Assembly (NCBI GenBank): GCA_025059375.1 | Contig: JANXDO010000001.1 | Location: 224,097 to 288,096, forward strand | Direction: 5' to 3' | Length of the DNA: 64,000 nucleotides | From: Candidatus Nezhaarchaeota archaeon | Lineage (GTDB): Archaea; Thermoproteota; Methanomethylicia; Nezhaarchaeales; WYZ-LMO8 | Shown: positions 38,472 to 48,562 of the stretch, in pieces | How positions within the stretch are numbered: position 1 is the first letter of the stretch | Layout of the letters: each line of letters starts with the position of its first letter | Position numbers and translations under genes: made by a program | The notes under the pieces: generated by a model | Databases searched by the model: none | What the model was told of the DNA's origin: nothing | The model's input: the letters and a program-made list of their open reading frames with translations, nothing else

Positions 38472-39638
38472 TTAAAAGTCTACGGTCTTCCCCTCATAAG
38501 CGTATAGGAAGAGCTTCTTATAATCTTCAAGCGTTGGCACTCTTGGACTAGTTATTGTCCCCGTTGACGCTAAAGCCCTTTCAGCAAGACCATCTAAATT
38601 ATTCCTTAGATCCTCAAAGCTAATGCCCAACTCCTTTATGGAGGTAGGCTCATTGACCTCCCTCAATAGGTTCCCGAGGGCCTCCATAAACTTATTGAAG
38701 GCCTCCTCGTCAGTCTCGGCTCTAATCCCTATAGCATTGGCGAGGCTCCCGAATCGATCCATGGCTGCTTTAGCCATGTACTCCAACGCACATTTCAAGA
38801 CTACAGCAAGACTCCTACCATGCGGGATCTTAAACAGAGCACCCAATGCATGGCCCATGGCATGAGCTATGCATACTTGAGAGTTGCTGAATGCAAGTCC
38901 AGCCATAGTTGCTGCATAGTGCATCTTCTCCTTCGCCTCCTTGTCTCGATCATCCTTATAGGACCTTGGTAGGTACTTGAATATTGTCCGTATCGCAACT
39001 GTAGCCAAGTTATCTGAGAAGTAGTTTCGCCATTGTGAAATGTAAGCTTCTAAAGCATTGACTAACGCGTCCACTCCACTATCAGCTACAAGACTCTTTG
39101 GCATTGTGAGAGGAAGTTGGGGGTCAAGTATTGCTACATCGGCCACCAACTCTCTTGATGCAAGTTCCATCTTCCTATTCTCTACAGTATCTGTGATGAC
39201 GATGGCCCAAGTAGCCTCTGAGCCTGTTCCGCTTGTTGTTGGGATCGCTATAAACCTAGCCTTCTTCCTTAAGCCGAGTGCTAAAAGTGGGCTTATCTCC
39301 TCAACTCTAATGTCAGGCCTCTCGTATAGGACCCATGAAGCTTTAGCTGCATCTATGCAGCTACCTCCACCTAACCCGATGATCCAATCAGGTTCAAAAA
39401 GCCTTGCACGCTCTGCACACCTAATAACAGTCTCCTTAGAGGGCTCCGGCTCAACTTCATCAAAAACTTCTACCTCAAACTTGGCTTCCTTTAAGTAATT
39501 TATAGTTCTATCAACAAAGCTTAGCTTCCTAATAACTCCATCAGTTACTATGAAAGCCCTCCTCCCCTCGATATTCCTTAAGTACTCCAGGGATCCATAA
39601 CCAAACACTATCGTTTTTGGTGAAGTGAATTCCCACAT
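38472..39638 (-). CDS. Iron-containing alcohol dehydrogenase
   Basis: GLGGGSCID, IPTTSGTGSEAT, DAL..A.E, HAMGH, HG. Confidence 0.92.
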   Translation of the reverse strand: MWEFTSPKTIVFGYGSLEYLRNIEGRRAFIVTDGVIRKLSFVDRTINYLKEAKFEVEVFDEVEPEPSKETVIRCAERARLFEPDWIIGLGGGSCIDAAKASWVLYERPDIRVEEISPLLALGLRKKARFIAIPTTSGTGSEATWAIVITDTVENRKMELASRELVADVAILDPQLPLTMPKSLVADSGVDALVNALEAYISQWRNYFSDNLATVAIRTIFKYLPRSYKDDRDKEAKEKMHYAATMAGLAFSNSQVCIAHAMGHALGALFKIPHGRSLAVVLKCALEYMAKAAMDRFGSLANAIGIRAETDEEAFNKFMEALGNLLREVNEPTSIKELGISFEDLRNNLDGLAERALASTGTITSPRVPTLEDYKKLFLYAYEGKTVDF

Positions 39639-39650
39639 AAATTCAGGCCC

Positions 39651-40064
39651 TCAAATGAACTCTGTGGGAACCTTGCTTGCAGTCTTTACAAGCTCCGTAG
39701 CTGCCTTCGTGTAGCGCATGATCTTAGCCATGTTACCCGTAAGTTTGATCTTGCGTAGCAGTAAAGCTTGAATTGGATCAAGCTGGCCCATCACTATCTT
39801 CTTCCAATTTGAGTAAGGCCCCTCAATGACGTATGCTGCCCTCTTAGCATCCCTACTTGGTACCGTATAGGCTTCGCGACATTTACCATGCCAGAGATCC
39901 AAGTAGAAGACTGCCTCCTTGTCTAGACCTCCATCCGGCGTTATTATGAAGAGGAAGTCTCCCTCCCAATCCTTTGCAGCTTCCTCATAAGCCTTGTTTT
40001 TATTAAGCTCCTCTTGAAAGGCTTTAATCCACTCTTCGCTTGGGAACTTATACCTTTTCTCCAC
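39651..40064 (-). CDS. SCP2 sterol/lipid-binding domain protein
   Basis: FPSEEW...LN...Y..AAKDWEG; W..I..G.LDP..A....K..G.M. Confidence 0.8.
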   Translation of the reverse strand: MEKRYKFPSEEWIKAFQEELNKNKAYEEAAKDWEGDFLFIITPDGGLDKEAVFYLDLWHGKCREAYTVPSRDAKRAAYVIEGPYSNWKKIVMGQLDPIQALLLRKIKLTGNMAKIMRYTKAATELVKTASKVPTEFI

Positions 40065-40181
40065 GCATGGTCACCAAATCATCCTTTCTAATTCAATGCA
40101 TATAAGAATTGCTCTTGTGGTTAAAGGTTATTTGTGATTATTAATATTATTGATAATGCTATGAAGCGCCATTAACGGTTA

Positions 40182-41399
40182 TCATAGAGCACTAATCCTC
40201 GTTTCAAGAAGCTCTATCTTAATCTCTTTCTTAATGCCTTCAAGAATCTCCTTAACGTTTACTACGTTAGCTTCTGGCGGGTACACGCCCTTCTTGATGT
40301 TCTCAGCCTTTAGGAGCTTCAAGGCAGTAAGTACTGCTGGTAGGGCAGTTGCTTTACAAGCATCTCTACAAGCCATACCGTACCTAACAATGTATTCATC
40401 GTCTCCTCTAACGCCCTTGAGGACAACCCCCAAGCCTAACCCGGTTAATGCATAGTCGCCTAAGCGCTCATAGAGAGGGGTAATCGATTTCTCCAGCTCT
40501 TCAGGTAGTGTGATTTCAGGTAATGCTAGGGTTATGGCTATGGCGATATCTCTAGCCTTAAAGACGTTTTCACCCACCCTTATCTCCTTGAGGCTTGTTA
40601 GTCCAAGAGCCGAGAAGGCCTTTGCCAACTCGTTTAGGCCCGATGGCCAGACTCCCCCTTTATTGTACACGTTCCTCTTAACCTTAATGTAACGTGGTAT
40701 GGTGACCGGCTCTGGATGACCAACATTCGCCACCTCCCAAGCCCCTATCGGCTTAGGAAACTCAAATAGCTCAGGCTCTGAGAGTGCCTTGACCCTCACC
40801 CACCTTCCATCCCTATATGTAGGAATCATACCAGATATAGCGTGAAAGTAGTGATCTACAATTGCTGGTCCTAAAGCTGGATCTATTGCCGTCCAAACCC
40901 AGTAGGTTCCAATCTCATATACTTCGTCGAGCCTTTGCGCTCCGTAGTAAGCTAATAGGTTCGTGATGCCGGGTGTAGCACCCATCCCTATTATCGCTGC
41001 AACCCCTCTCCTTTGCGCCTCTTCATGGAGTCTTAAAGCCTCCTCTGTGGCATCATAATCATCATTTATGTCAACGAAGTTTATGCCAGCCCTCAAGGCA
41101 GCCCTTAAAACCGATACACCAAACTTATAGAAAGGACCTAACGCGCTTATAACTACATCAGAGCCTCTAAGAGCTTCTACTAGAGAGTCTTCATTTGAAG
41201 CATCAACGTGCAAAACCCTCACGTTACCACCCGCTGTCTTCGCTACCTTCTCAGCTCTCTCAACGTTCTTATCAGCAATCACTACTTCCAGCTTTGAATC
41301 TAAGTTGCATAGCTCATGAACCATCATGGAGCCTATGTGACCAGCCCCACCCAATACCATGACCCTCTCCTCACCCATGGACATCCCCCTAACGAGCAT
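40182..41399 (-). CDS. Saccharopine dehydrogenase-like NAD(P)-dependent oxidoreductase
   Basis: LGGAGHIG, GPFYKFG, DINDD, GMGATPGITN, GHPEP.T.P, GVYPPE. Confidence 0.8.
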   Translation of the reverse strand: MLVRGMSMGEERVMVLGGAGHIGSMMVHELCNLDSKLEVVIADKNVERAEKVAKTAGGNVRVLHVDASNEDSLVEALRGSDVVISALGPFYKFGVSVLRAALRAGINFVDINDDYDATEEALRLHEEAQRRGVAAIIGMGATPGITNLLAYYGAQRLDEVYEIGTYWVWTAIDPALGPAIVDHYFHAISGMIPTYRDGRWVRVKALSEPELFEFPKPIGAWEVANVGHPEPVTIPRYIKVKRNVYNKGGVWPSGLNELAKAFSALGLTSLKEIRVGENVFKARDIAIAITLALPEITLPEELEKSITPLYERLGDYALTGLGLGVVLKGVRGDDEYIVRYGMACRDACKATALPAVLTALKLLKAENIKKGVYPPEANVVNVKEILEGIKKEIKIELLETRISAL

Positions 41400-41510
41400 T
41401 CCACAATTAAATAGTGGGTGGAAATGTTAAGAACTTAAGCTCTAGCTTTAAATGTCTTAATCTCATCTCTCCGTAACTAGGTATGGGCGCTTATTCCTTA
41501 TGAGATCACT

Positions 41511-43382
41511 TCAATGATAAACTTCTTTGATAACCCACTCTAGTCCTAGCTCCTTAAGCTTTTCTGGCGTTGGCCTGCCCTCCTCATCCCACCCTCTATA
41601 CCTGTAGTAAGCATCTAGTAGGGGTTCAAGGTTCACTACATGCCCTTTCGCGGGTCCTTCAGGTAGCGGCTCTTCCAGTAATCGTCTTGGAAGTGTGTCA
41701 TCAGCCCTTCTTAGGCCCTCCCTCACATTGAAGGCTCTTTGCAGATTGTAAATCCTCTCCCCTGTCCTCCTAAAATCCTCGACCGTAAAGTTCCAGCCAG
41801 TAACACTTGAGATTAATGCTGCCCAATCCTCAGCTGTCAGAACTATCCCAACAAACTTGCACGCTCCAACAGCGTCAAGGACTGTTAGCGCATCCTCTAA
41901 ATCTTTTACCACCTTAGCCGTTTCAGGAATTTCTTGAAGTATGTCTCCCACATAGCACTGCTCAACAACTAGGAACGGTATTGACAGGAATGTGGGTCCT
42001 TGAACGTAAGCTGTAATGTGGCATCCCCCGCGGTTAGCTGTCGCGTACGCTAATCCCACCAGCTTGGCAGCTCTAGGATCGTAGGCTGGAAGCTCTAATC
42101 CCTTAACGTGCATAGCAAATTTCTCGGATCCTCTACCTATTCTCTTAGAGGCGGCCCTCGTTCCTTCAGCCAGCAAATCTCCTATCCCCTCCCTTCTAGC
42201 TATCTTGTGCACAAGCTCTATCATGACGCCCGCATCGCCAAATTTAATTTCTAGCCCACCGGTATCCTCCTTCGTCAGAAGTCCCCTCTCGTAACACTCC
42301 ATAGCGAAGGCTATTGTGCTCCCAGCAGATATGGTATCGAGACCATATTCGTTGCATAGGAAGTGTGCATGCGCAATAGCATTTAGATCATCAATCTCGC
42401 ACATCCCCCCAAACGATCCAAGTGACTCGTACTCCGGTCCCTCGCCGCTACTAGCATAGCGGTCCTTAACCTCACACACTCTGCCACATGCTATTGGACA
42501 AGCGAAACAAGCTTTCCTGTTCTTCAGTATCTTCTCTGAAATCGCCATCCCGTTTATGTTCTCGGCTCCTCTAAACACTCCAATTTGCCAATTCCTTGTT
42601 GGAAACCCTCCCTGAGCATTTACTAGGTCTAGGACTGCAGCTGTTCCATAAGCCCCCAGCGACATCTTCAGTATGCTTTCACCAACTTGTTCCTGCATCT
42701 TCTTGACCTGCTCCATGACCGCATCTTCATCGGCGACCTTAATCCTCATGGCCCCCCTCACGGCAATAGCCTTTAATCGCTTGGAGCCCATAACTGCACC
42801 CATTCCACATCTTCCAGCCGCTCGCCCCCAACCTGGTCTATCAGCATCGTTTATGATGGCTGCGTACTTCACTAAGTTCTCTCCAGCAATTCCTATACAC
42901 GCTACTTTGAAGTCGTCTCCGAGCTCCTCCTTTATCAGCTTCGTGGTCTCCGACGTACTCTTACCCCAAAGGTGGTTTGCATCCCTGAGCTCAACCCTTC
43001 CGCTATCTATCACGAGGTACACAGGCTTTGGTGAAACTCCCTCAAGTATTATGCCGTCAAAGCCCGATCGCTTTAGGGCAACGCCCCAGAAGCCACCTGA
43101 ACTAGCAAGCCCCCATATGTTGGTGAGGGGCGACTTTGAGACAGCTACATACCTACCAGTGGTTGGGGCAGGAATTCCGGTTAAAGGACCCGTCATGAGT
43201 ATCAACTTATTATGTGGACCAAGAGGATCCACACCTCTCTTAACTTCCTCAAAGAGGTACTTAGTTGCTAGCCCACCACAACCTAAGAACATTCTGAGCA
43301 CATCTTCATCAGGATGCTCCTCGCTCATCCTCTCTACGCTTAGATCCACTCTAAGAATCTTCCCCATATAGCCTCCTGGCAT
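41511..43382 (-). CDS. aor: Tungsten-dependent aldehyde:ferredoxin oxidoreductase family
   Basis: GYMGKILRVDL, KSPLT, GR.GMGAVMGSK.LKA, CFACPIAC, GPEYE, GLDTIS, YDPR, RGGCH. Confidence 0.9.
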   Translation of the reverse strand: MPGGYMGKILRVDLSVERMSEEHPDEDVLRMFLGCGGLATKYLFEEVKRGVDPLGPHNKLILMTGPLTGIPAPTTGRYVAVSKSPLTNIWGLASSGGFWGVALKRSGFDGIILEGVSPKPVYLVIDSGRVELRDANHLWGKSTSETTKLIKEELGDDFKVACIGIAGENLVKYAAIINDADRPGWGRAAGRCGMGAVMGSKRLKAIAVRGAMRIKVADEDAVMEQVKKMQEQVGESILKMSLGAYGTAAVLDLVNAQGGFPTRNWQIGVFRGAENINGMAISEKILKNRKACFACPIACGRVCEVKDRYASSGEGPEYESLGSFGGMCEIDDLNAIAHAHFLCNEYGLDTISAGSTIAFAMECYERGLLTKEDTGGLEIKFGDAGVMIELVHKIARREGIGDLLAEGTRAASKRIGRGSEKFAMHVKGLELPAYDPRAAKLVGLAYATANRGGCHITAYVQGPTFLSIPFLVVEQCYVGDILQEIPETAKVVKDLEDALTVLDAVGACKFVGIVLTAEDWAALISSVTGWNFTVEDFRRTGERIYNLQRAFNVREGLRRADDTLPRRLLEEPLPEGPAKGHVVNLEPLLDAYYRYRGWDEEGRPTPEKLKELGLEWVIKEVYH

Positions 43383-43838
43383 GGACACACCATCCATGGG
43401 AAGGCATTCAATTAAATTTAATTTAATCAATAATTCTTAAAACTGTTGCAGTAGCCTTGTGAAGGGAGGGTAACACGCTGCCCATTTTAGATCTAAGATT
43501 CAATTTTACATGAAAGCACGAAGCCTAAGGTGATGGGAACTTGTCGATGACATAGAGATCATGAAAGCTCAAGACGTTCCTAGTAACGTTCTAAATGTCA
43601 TCTAAGTCGAGCTCTAGGCACTAAGCAGTATAAAGCCACTTATCATACCACTAAGCAGGGAGCATAATGCACTGTACGGTGCTGTGGCTAGTGTAGCGCT
43701 GATGTGTAATTTGACGTCATGTTGGGTGGACTGCTCTTAGCTATCGAGGAGTGAAGAACCATCCGTGTAACTTGACACCATAAAAATGGTGGAGATGGTA
43801 AACCATCTATCGAGCTGTAGAGTCACCTTGCGATGCAA

Positions 43839-45443
43839 TTAGTCAAGTAGGACACTTTCCATTATGTTGTCCTCTTCTTCTGGTAGCGGTATGCCCGTAA
43901 CCTTTGAAGCTCTTTCAGTTAATGCGATTAAATCACTTCTATCGATTAAGTTAAGCTTCCACTTCCTCGCTCCAGCCATTAACTGTTGTAAGCCAACTTT
44001 AATCCTATCCATGTAGGTGTAGAGCCCTATAGCACCCCAAGGAACTTCTTTGAACCTCTCACCAAGCATAGTCTTTAGATCTGGAGTAGCTATGAAGAAC
44101 TTCTCGGGGTTATCACCAAACTTCTCCACGAAGCTCTTTGGTAACTGACCCCTCTCTGCAAGCTCAGCAAAGTATGACGACTTCATCACTGCGGTTAAAG
44201 GAGCCCTACCCATTAATACTGCTTTCACGTAGGGTCCATCACCAAAATTGCTCAAAGCAATCGCCTTGTATATCTGGGTCTCATCGATGAAGCCGCCAGC
44301 CATTATTATGTCCGGGACATGCCTCCCCCTCTTCTTCAGTATCTGAGCGCACTTCAAGACTTGAGCTTCAAGGTATACTGTTGGCGTTCCCTGCTCATTC
44401 ATCATGGGGACGGGGCTCATACCAGTTCCGCCACCAGCACCATCAAATGCTACGTAGTCTAGCTTTGCCTCGGAAGCAGCTTTCATTGCGAATGCTACAG
44501 CTATTGGCTCATAACCTCCTGTCTTTAAGCCAACCTTCTTAGCTCCCTGCTCTCTAAGCTTCTCTATATCCTCAATGAACTCCTCCCTGCTCGGCATACC
44601 AACGCGACTATGCCTCTCGAATGTCTTGAAGACACCCTGTTTGAACGCCTCTTGAACGGCCCTATCTTCTGGATCCGGTATGACTATGTAGCCCCTCTTC
44701 TTCAGCATGATAGCTCTATCTAAGCTACTAATCCTAACTTCTCCCCCAATCGCCTTGGCTCCTTGACCCCACTTCCTCTCAATCACGTTGACCTCCAACT
44801 TCGATATCGCATAGATGTCGGTCCCTAAGCGCTGATCCTCGACATTAGTCTGGACCACCACATCTCCATACTTTCCATCCCAGAACTTTCTAAATGCCTC
44901 GATCCTCCTCTTAAGTTCTGGTGAGTGAGTTACCTTACCGTTAGTAATTATAGCCTCAGGATCCATGCCACATATGTTCTCACCTATTATGATCATTACG
45001 CCAGAGAGAGCTGCACCAACGGCAAGGCCCTCCCAATTGACCCTAGCGACCTCAGTGGAACCGTAGGCACCCATCACGACCGGGACCTTTATCGGTATGC
45101 CTCCAACACTGCTCTCAACGTCAACGTTGGGGAATATAGCGACGTCGGAGTCAGGCTTTATCCCCATTGCTCCTAAGAGCCTAGCCTTAATGTTGAAGTG
45201 CGACCAGTCTAAGCCATAGTCCTTTAGTGAAGCAGCTGTGCTCTTACCAAACATGCTTGGATCCGGGTAGATGGCCTCGCGTCCTCTAAAGGCTGATAGC
45301 GAAACCTCACATATGAATGGACACTCCCTTATACATAGGGGACATAAGCCACTTGAAGGGCAGAGATCTTCAACTCTAGCCCTCGTCGCTGTCGTCGACA
45401 TGGAATTTAGGTAGGACGAGTTCCTATGTACAGGGTTAGGCAT
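43839..45443 (-). CDS. FMN-binding glutamate-synthase-related protein (stand-alone) with N-terminal Cys cluster
   Basis: KWGQGAK.IGGE, DGAGGGTGMSP, AGG, MGRA; CPSSGLCPLCIRECPFIC. Confidence 0.8.
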   Translation of the reverse strand: MPNPVHRNSSYLNSMSTTATRARVEDLCPSSGLCPLCIRECPFICEVSLSAFRGREAIYPDPSMFGKSTAASLKDYGLDWSHFNIKARLLGAMGIKPDSDVAIFPNVDVESSVGGIPIKVPVVMGAYGSTEVARVNWEGLAVGAALSGVMIIIGENICGMDPEAIITNGKVTHSPELKRRIEAFRKFWDGKYGDVVVQTNVEDQRLGTDIYAISKLEVNVIERKWGQGAKAIGGEVRISSLDRAIMLKKRGYIVIPDPEDRAVQEAFKQGVFKTFERHSRVGMPSREEFIEDIEKLREQGAKKVGLKTGGYEPIAVAFAMKAASEAKLDYVAFDGAGGGTGMSPVPMMNEQGTPTVYLEAQVLKCAQILKKRGRHVPDIIMAGGFIDETQIYKAIALSNFGDGPYVKAVLMGRAPLTAVMKSSYFAELAERGQLPKSFVEKFGDNPEKFFIATPDLKTMLGERFKEVPWGAIGLYTYMDRIKVGLQQLMAGARKWKLNLIDRSDLIALTERASKVTGIPLPEEEDNIMESVLLD

Positions 45444-45569
45444 AACATCACCGCCTTACGTCAACACACCGCTGACTTATGCTGAAGAGTATAAAAGTCT
45501 TTTCTTAGCAATATTGAGTCCTCAAGATCGTCCAAATACCTCTTCACCCTTAAAGTCTGTAACCCAACA

Positions 45570-46076
45570 CTAGAGACCGCTATAGCATGGATGCCTAGCC
45601 CTCAACCCTCCTAAAGCCTCTTCATACCATTTCGGGAGCTTAATCTCGCTTATCGCTCTCGATGGAGTGTACGGCTTAATGTCTAGGACGGGGGTCTTAT
45701 CGAACAAGTCTAGCCGCCTAACTTTGAGAAACCTTCCACTCCTCTCAATTAATTCAACGATTGTCAGTGCAAGCGGATTGGGCCTATGTGGAGAGTTAGT
45801 CGCGAAAACGCCAACCTCTGGAACCATGCTTACATCAGCTGCTAAGAGCCTTAAAGGCTTAGGTTTAACCTTAAGGACCCTACGCTGCTCATCAGAAATC
45901 TTGTGTAAGTAGGCTATGACTATTAAGTGAGAGAAGCCCTCTACACCCTCCAACCCTGGCACATACTCCTCATAAATTTCTATCATACCCTCAACCCCCT
46001 CCATGAACCTTGCCTCAACCTGTTCATCATCCAAGTTAACGTGCACAACCCCTATGGGTCTGAGGCATATCTGCAT
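45570..46076 (-). CDS. trmO: tRNA (t6A37-N6)-methyltransferase TrmO/TsaA family
   Basis: PIGVV, GL.G...FSH, GVFAT.SPHRPNP, LD..D.TPVLDIKPY; start reassigned to ATG 46076. Confidence 0.8.
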   Translation of the reverse strand: MQICLRPIGVVHVNLDDEQVEARFMEGVEGMIEIYEEYVPGLEGVEGFSHLIVIAYLHKISDEQRRVLKVKPKPLRLLAADVSMVPEVGVFATNSPHRPNPLALTIVELIERSGRFLKVRRLDLFDKTPVLDIKPYTPSRAISEIKLPKWYEEALGGLRARHPCYSGL

Positions 46077-46617
46077 GGTGATGCACCAGGCCGCAAAACC
46101 ATCAATTCGATAAAGTCTCCAAGCTAAAATCTCTACTTTACCATACTGAGTGGATGCGTAACCAATTAGCTCCTTGACAGCAGATAAGGATGCCAGTGCG
46201 GTGGGCATCTTTTTTTACAGAAGTCTAGAAATCAACGTCAGTGCTCTAAGTAGAAGGTGGACGACTCTAGGAAACATAGCGGAAGGTTAGCATTGAGCCT
46301 TACTGCAGGCTTACAAGGTTAGCGATGAATTGTTAAAGTCCACCTCTAGCTTAAAGAGCCCATCGTACGCACTGGGCTTGAAACTATGGCCACGAGGAAG
46401 TCACCGATTTAGCTAAGGTGAGAGCGCCAGGAAAGCTGTCAACAAGATCTCGCGAGGAAGTGCGATTTCGGCAGTTAACAGTGCTTTTCAAATGCCTATA
46501 TGCCCCTTTGTTGCCATCTTAAGCGTTTAGAATTTAACTGAACTCATTTAAATCGATTACTGTAACTCTGTCTCCAGCTTTCTAGAAACTCTATAAACCT
46601 GGTTTGCATAGAATTGT

Positions 46618-46680
46618 TGGGGGCGATGAGTAAGAGCGCCTTGCTGAGGCGTGATGAGCGTGGAGTACCTATGAGCCCCA
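46618..46680 (+). ncRNA. Candidate C/D box guide sRNA
   Basis: TGGGG...CCCCA terminal stem; C-like GCGATGA 46623-29, 14-nt guide, D' CTGA 46644-47, C' GTGATGA 46651-57, 13-nt guide, D-like ATGA 46671-74; intergenic. Confidence 0.65.
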
Positions 46681-46719
46681 CGTGATGGTAACCTCAATGG
46701 GCTTAGCGGGTAATGTAGT

Positions 46720-46866
46720 ATGAGTGAGAAAGTTGAGCGGGAGGATCTAAGACAGGAGGAGATAGTAGAGGATTTGTGGAGGGACCTCTACGAGTCTAGG
46801 TGCAAGTTAATGCGCAGCAGCAAACCCCCATCACTCGAAGAAGTCCTCCTTACACGTGAAGGCTAA
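46720..46866 (+). CDS. Small acidic hypothetical protein, 48 aa (MSEKVEREDLRQEEIVEDLWRDLYESRCKLMRSSKPPSLEEVLLTREG)
   Basis: Read from DNA; host-like GAG/AGG codons; stop overlaps convergent HAD gene stop. Confidence 0.45.
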   Translation: MSEKVEREDLRQEEIVEDLWRDLYESRCKLMRSSKPPSLEEVLLTREG

Positions 46867-47444
46867 ACCGAGAACTTAAAGACGTTTAGGAGCTCATTTA
46901 ACGAGTTAACGTTCACAATTCGGCTCATTGCTTGAAGTACTTTGTGAGGAGTTGCAACGAGACACCCAGCTTGTAATCCAGCTATAGCGTCGGCTCTACT
47001 GAAACCCACGTAGAGAGCATCATTAACTTGATGACCTAAAACATTGCAGGCCTTAACTATCTGCTTTGCTTTCTCAGCTTCATCGTCTCTTGTTATCACT
47101 ATATCGAACACGTCCTTCAAGTTCATCCTTTCGAGGACGATTTCTGTGCTCTTCTTGCCCCTCATGGTGACTAGCGCTAGCTTAACACCTATAGCCTTGA
47201 GGGTACATATAGCCTCCAAGTCTTCCTGGTCAATTTTAGCCTCTTCAGCAGTCTTAATCTCAAGCTCCTCTAAGATCTCATCAATGACTTTACGCGAATT
47301 TGAAGACTTTGTTGATGCCTCCGCAACAAGCTTCCTCAAATCCCCATTGACACCTAAAACCTTTCTAAGCCTCTCTTTAGCCTCACTCACATCAACCTTT
47401 AAAATGGAACTATCGAGGTTTACGACCACGATTTTAATTAGCAT
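46863..47444 (-). CDS. HAD-superfamily protein with degenerate catalytic motifs
   Basis: HAD fold pattern (LALVT, FDIVITRDD, LYVG...D) but motif I reads NLDSS and motif IV GFS. Confidence 0.7.
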   Translation of the reverse strand: MLIKIVVVNLDSSILKVDVSEAKERLRKVLGVNGDLRKLVAEASTKSSNSRKVIDEILEELEIKTAEEAKIDQEDLEAICTLKAIGVKLALVTMRGKKSTEIVLERMNLKDVFDIVITRDDEAEKAKQIVKACNVLGHQVNDALYVGFSRADAIAGLQAGCLVATPHKVLQAMSRIVNVNSLNELLNVFKFSV

Positions 47445-47597
47445 GCTGACACAAAGAGTTGAGCTTAAACTTATACATTTCCCAAGCTAAATGAGGGTAC
47501 AGAGGGCCTTAAACTTCAAGGCTCTCAGCAATCAATTCTCTAATCAATAGTTGAAGCCCATGCCCTGGCGATTTCTACGGTCATGCTTATAATCACC

Positions 47598-48413
47598 CTA
47601 AATCTCTATACCTATTGGACACGCTTTCAGACATAGACCACATAAGTGGGCGCTAGGCAATCTATATTCGCTTGGTAAGAGGATTTTTATTATGTGTGGA
47701 GGTATCCCCTTCGACTGAAGGTCTCTAATCGCTTCATAGTAGTCAATCGTGAAGACCCTAGGCCCCCTATATTTGCGACACTTGTACTGATCGACAGTAC
47801 CATCACCGGGTAGCGCTTTCACTGGGCATGCCTTAACACATCGGAGACCACACTTCTCGGGCTTACAAATTAATCCCCATGAGAAGCCGCTTGCCAGCAT
47901 TGGGTCGGGCTCTAGTGGTGCTGAGGTTATGACAGAGGCAAACCTAACTCTAGGTCCATATCTGGGGACAACAATGTATGATGCAGGGGTAAATTCACCT
48001 AAGCCGGCTAGAACTGCTGCATGCCTATGAGAGAGGCTAGCGAGCATCTTAACTTTAGGTTCCTTCCTACTTATCACCCTTACTTCTCTTTGGTAATCGG
48101 GTTCATCAGGGCTTACTGGGAAAGCATCAAACCCATGATCCTCCAAGTAGTATACGATCTTGTAAGCTATAGAGCGAAGCTCGCCGTTTAGTAGGTCGTA
48201 TGCAGCTTCGTAAAATGGACTTGGAATCGTCTTAACTATGGATAGAGGTATACGTAAGCCAAAAACAATAACGCTCCTAGCGTTTGGAAGCAGATCCGAT
48301 GGTTTATGGCCTTCAGGTGCTGGTGAAAATCGTTCAGCTGAAGCTATGCCGACCAGGTGAGCTCCAAACTTTCTAGTTACCTCCTTTAAAGTCTCACTGT
48401 TCAGGTACCTCAT
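47598..48413 (-). CDS. QueG / reductive-dehalogenase-like cobalamin-Fe-S protein
   Basis: SHRHAAVLAGLG, YGPRVRFASVIT.A.LEPD, C....C...C..ACP, CGLCLKACP. Confidence 0.75.
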   Translation of the reverse strand: MRYLNSETLKEVTRKFGAHLVGIASAERFSPAPEGHKPSDLLPNARSVIVFGLRIPLSIVKTIPSPFYEAAYDLLNGELRSIAYKIVYYLEDHGFDAFPVSPDEPDYQREVRVISRKEPKVKMLASLSHRHAAVLAGLGEFTPASYIVVPRYGPRVRFASVITSAPLEPDPMLASGFSWGLICKPEKCGLRCVKACPVKALPGDGTVDQYKCRKYRGPRVFTIDYYEAIRDLQSKGIPPHIIKILLPSEYRLPSAHLCGLCLKACPIGIEI

Positions 48414-48562
48414 GGTTATAAAGGTTATCTTTGAAGCATTTTAAGCTTCCTCAAGCTTAATCACAGAGCAGCTAGTGTAAGCTTCTAGAGGCACTACAGT
48501 AGATTCTAATGACAGCTAATGAAAATCCTTAAAAGAGCTCCGCCCAATTTTAGGGTTACTAT

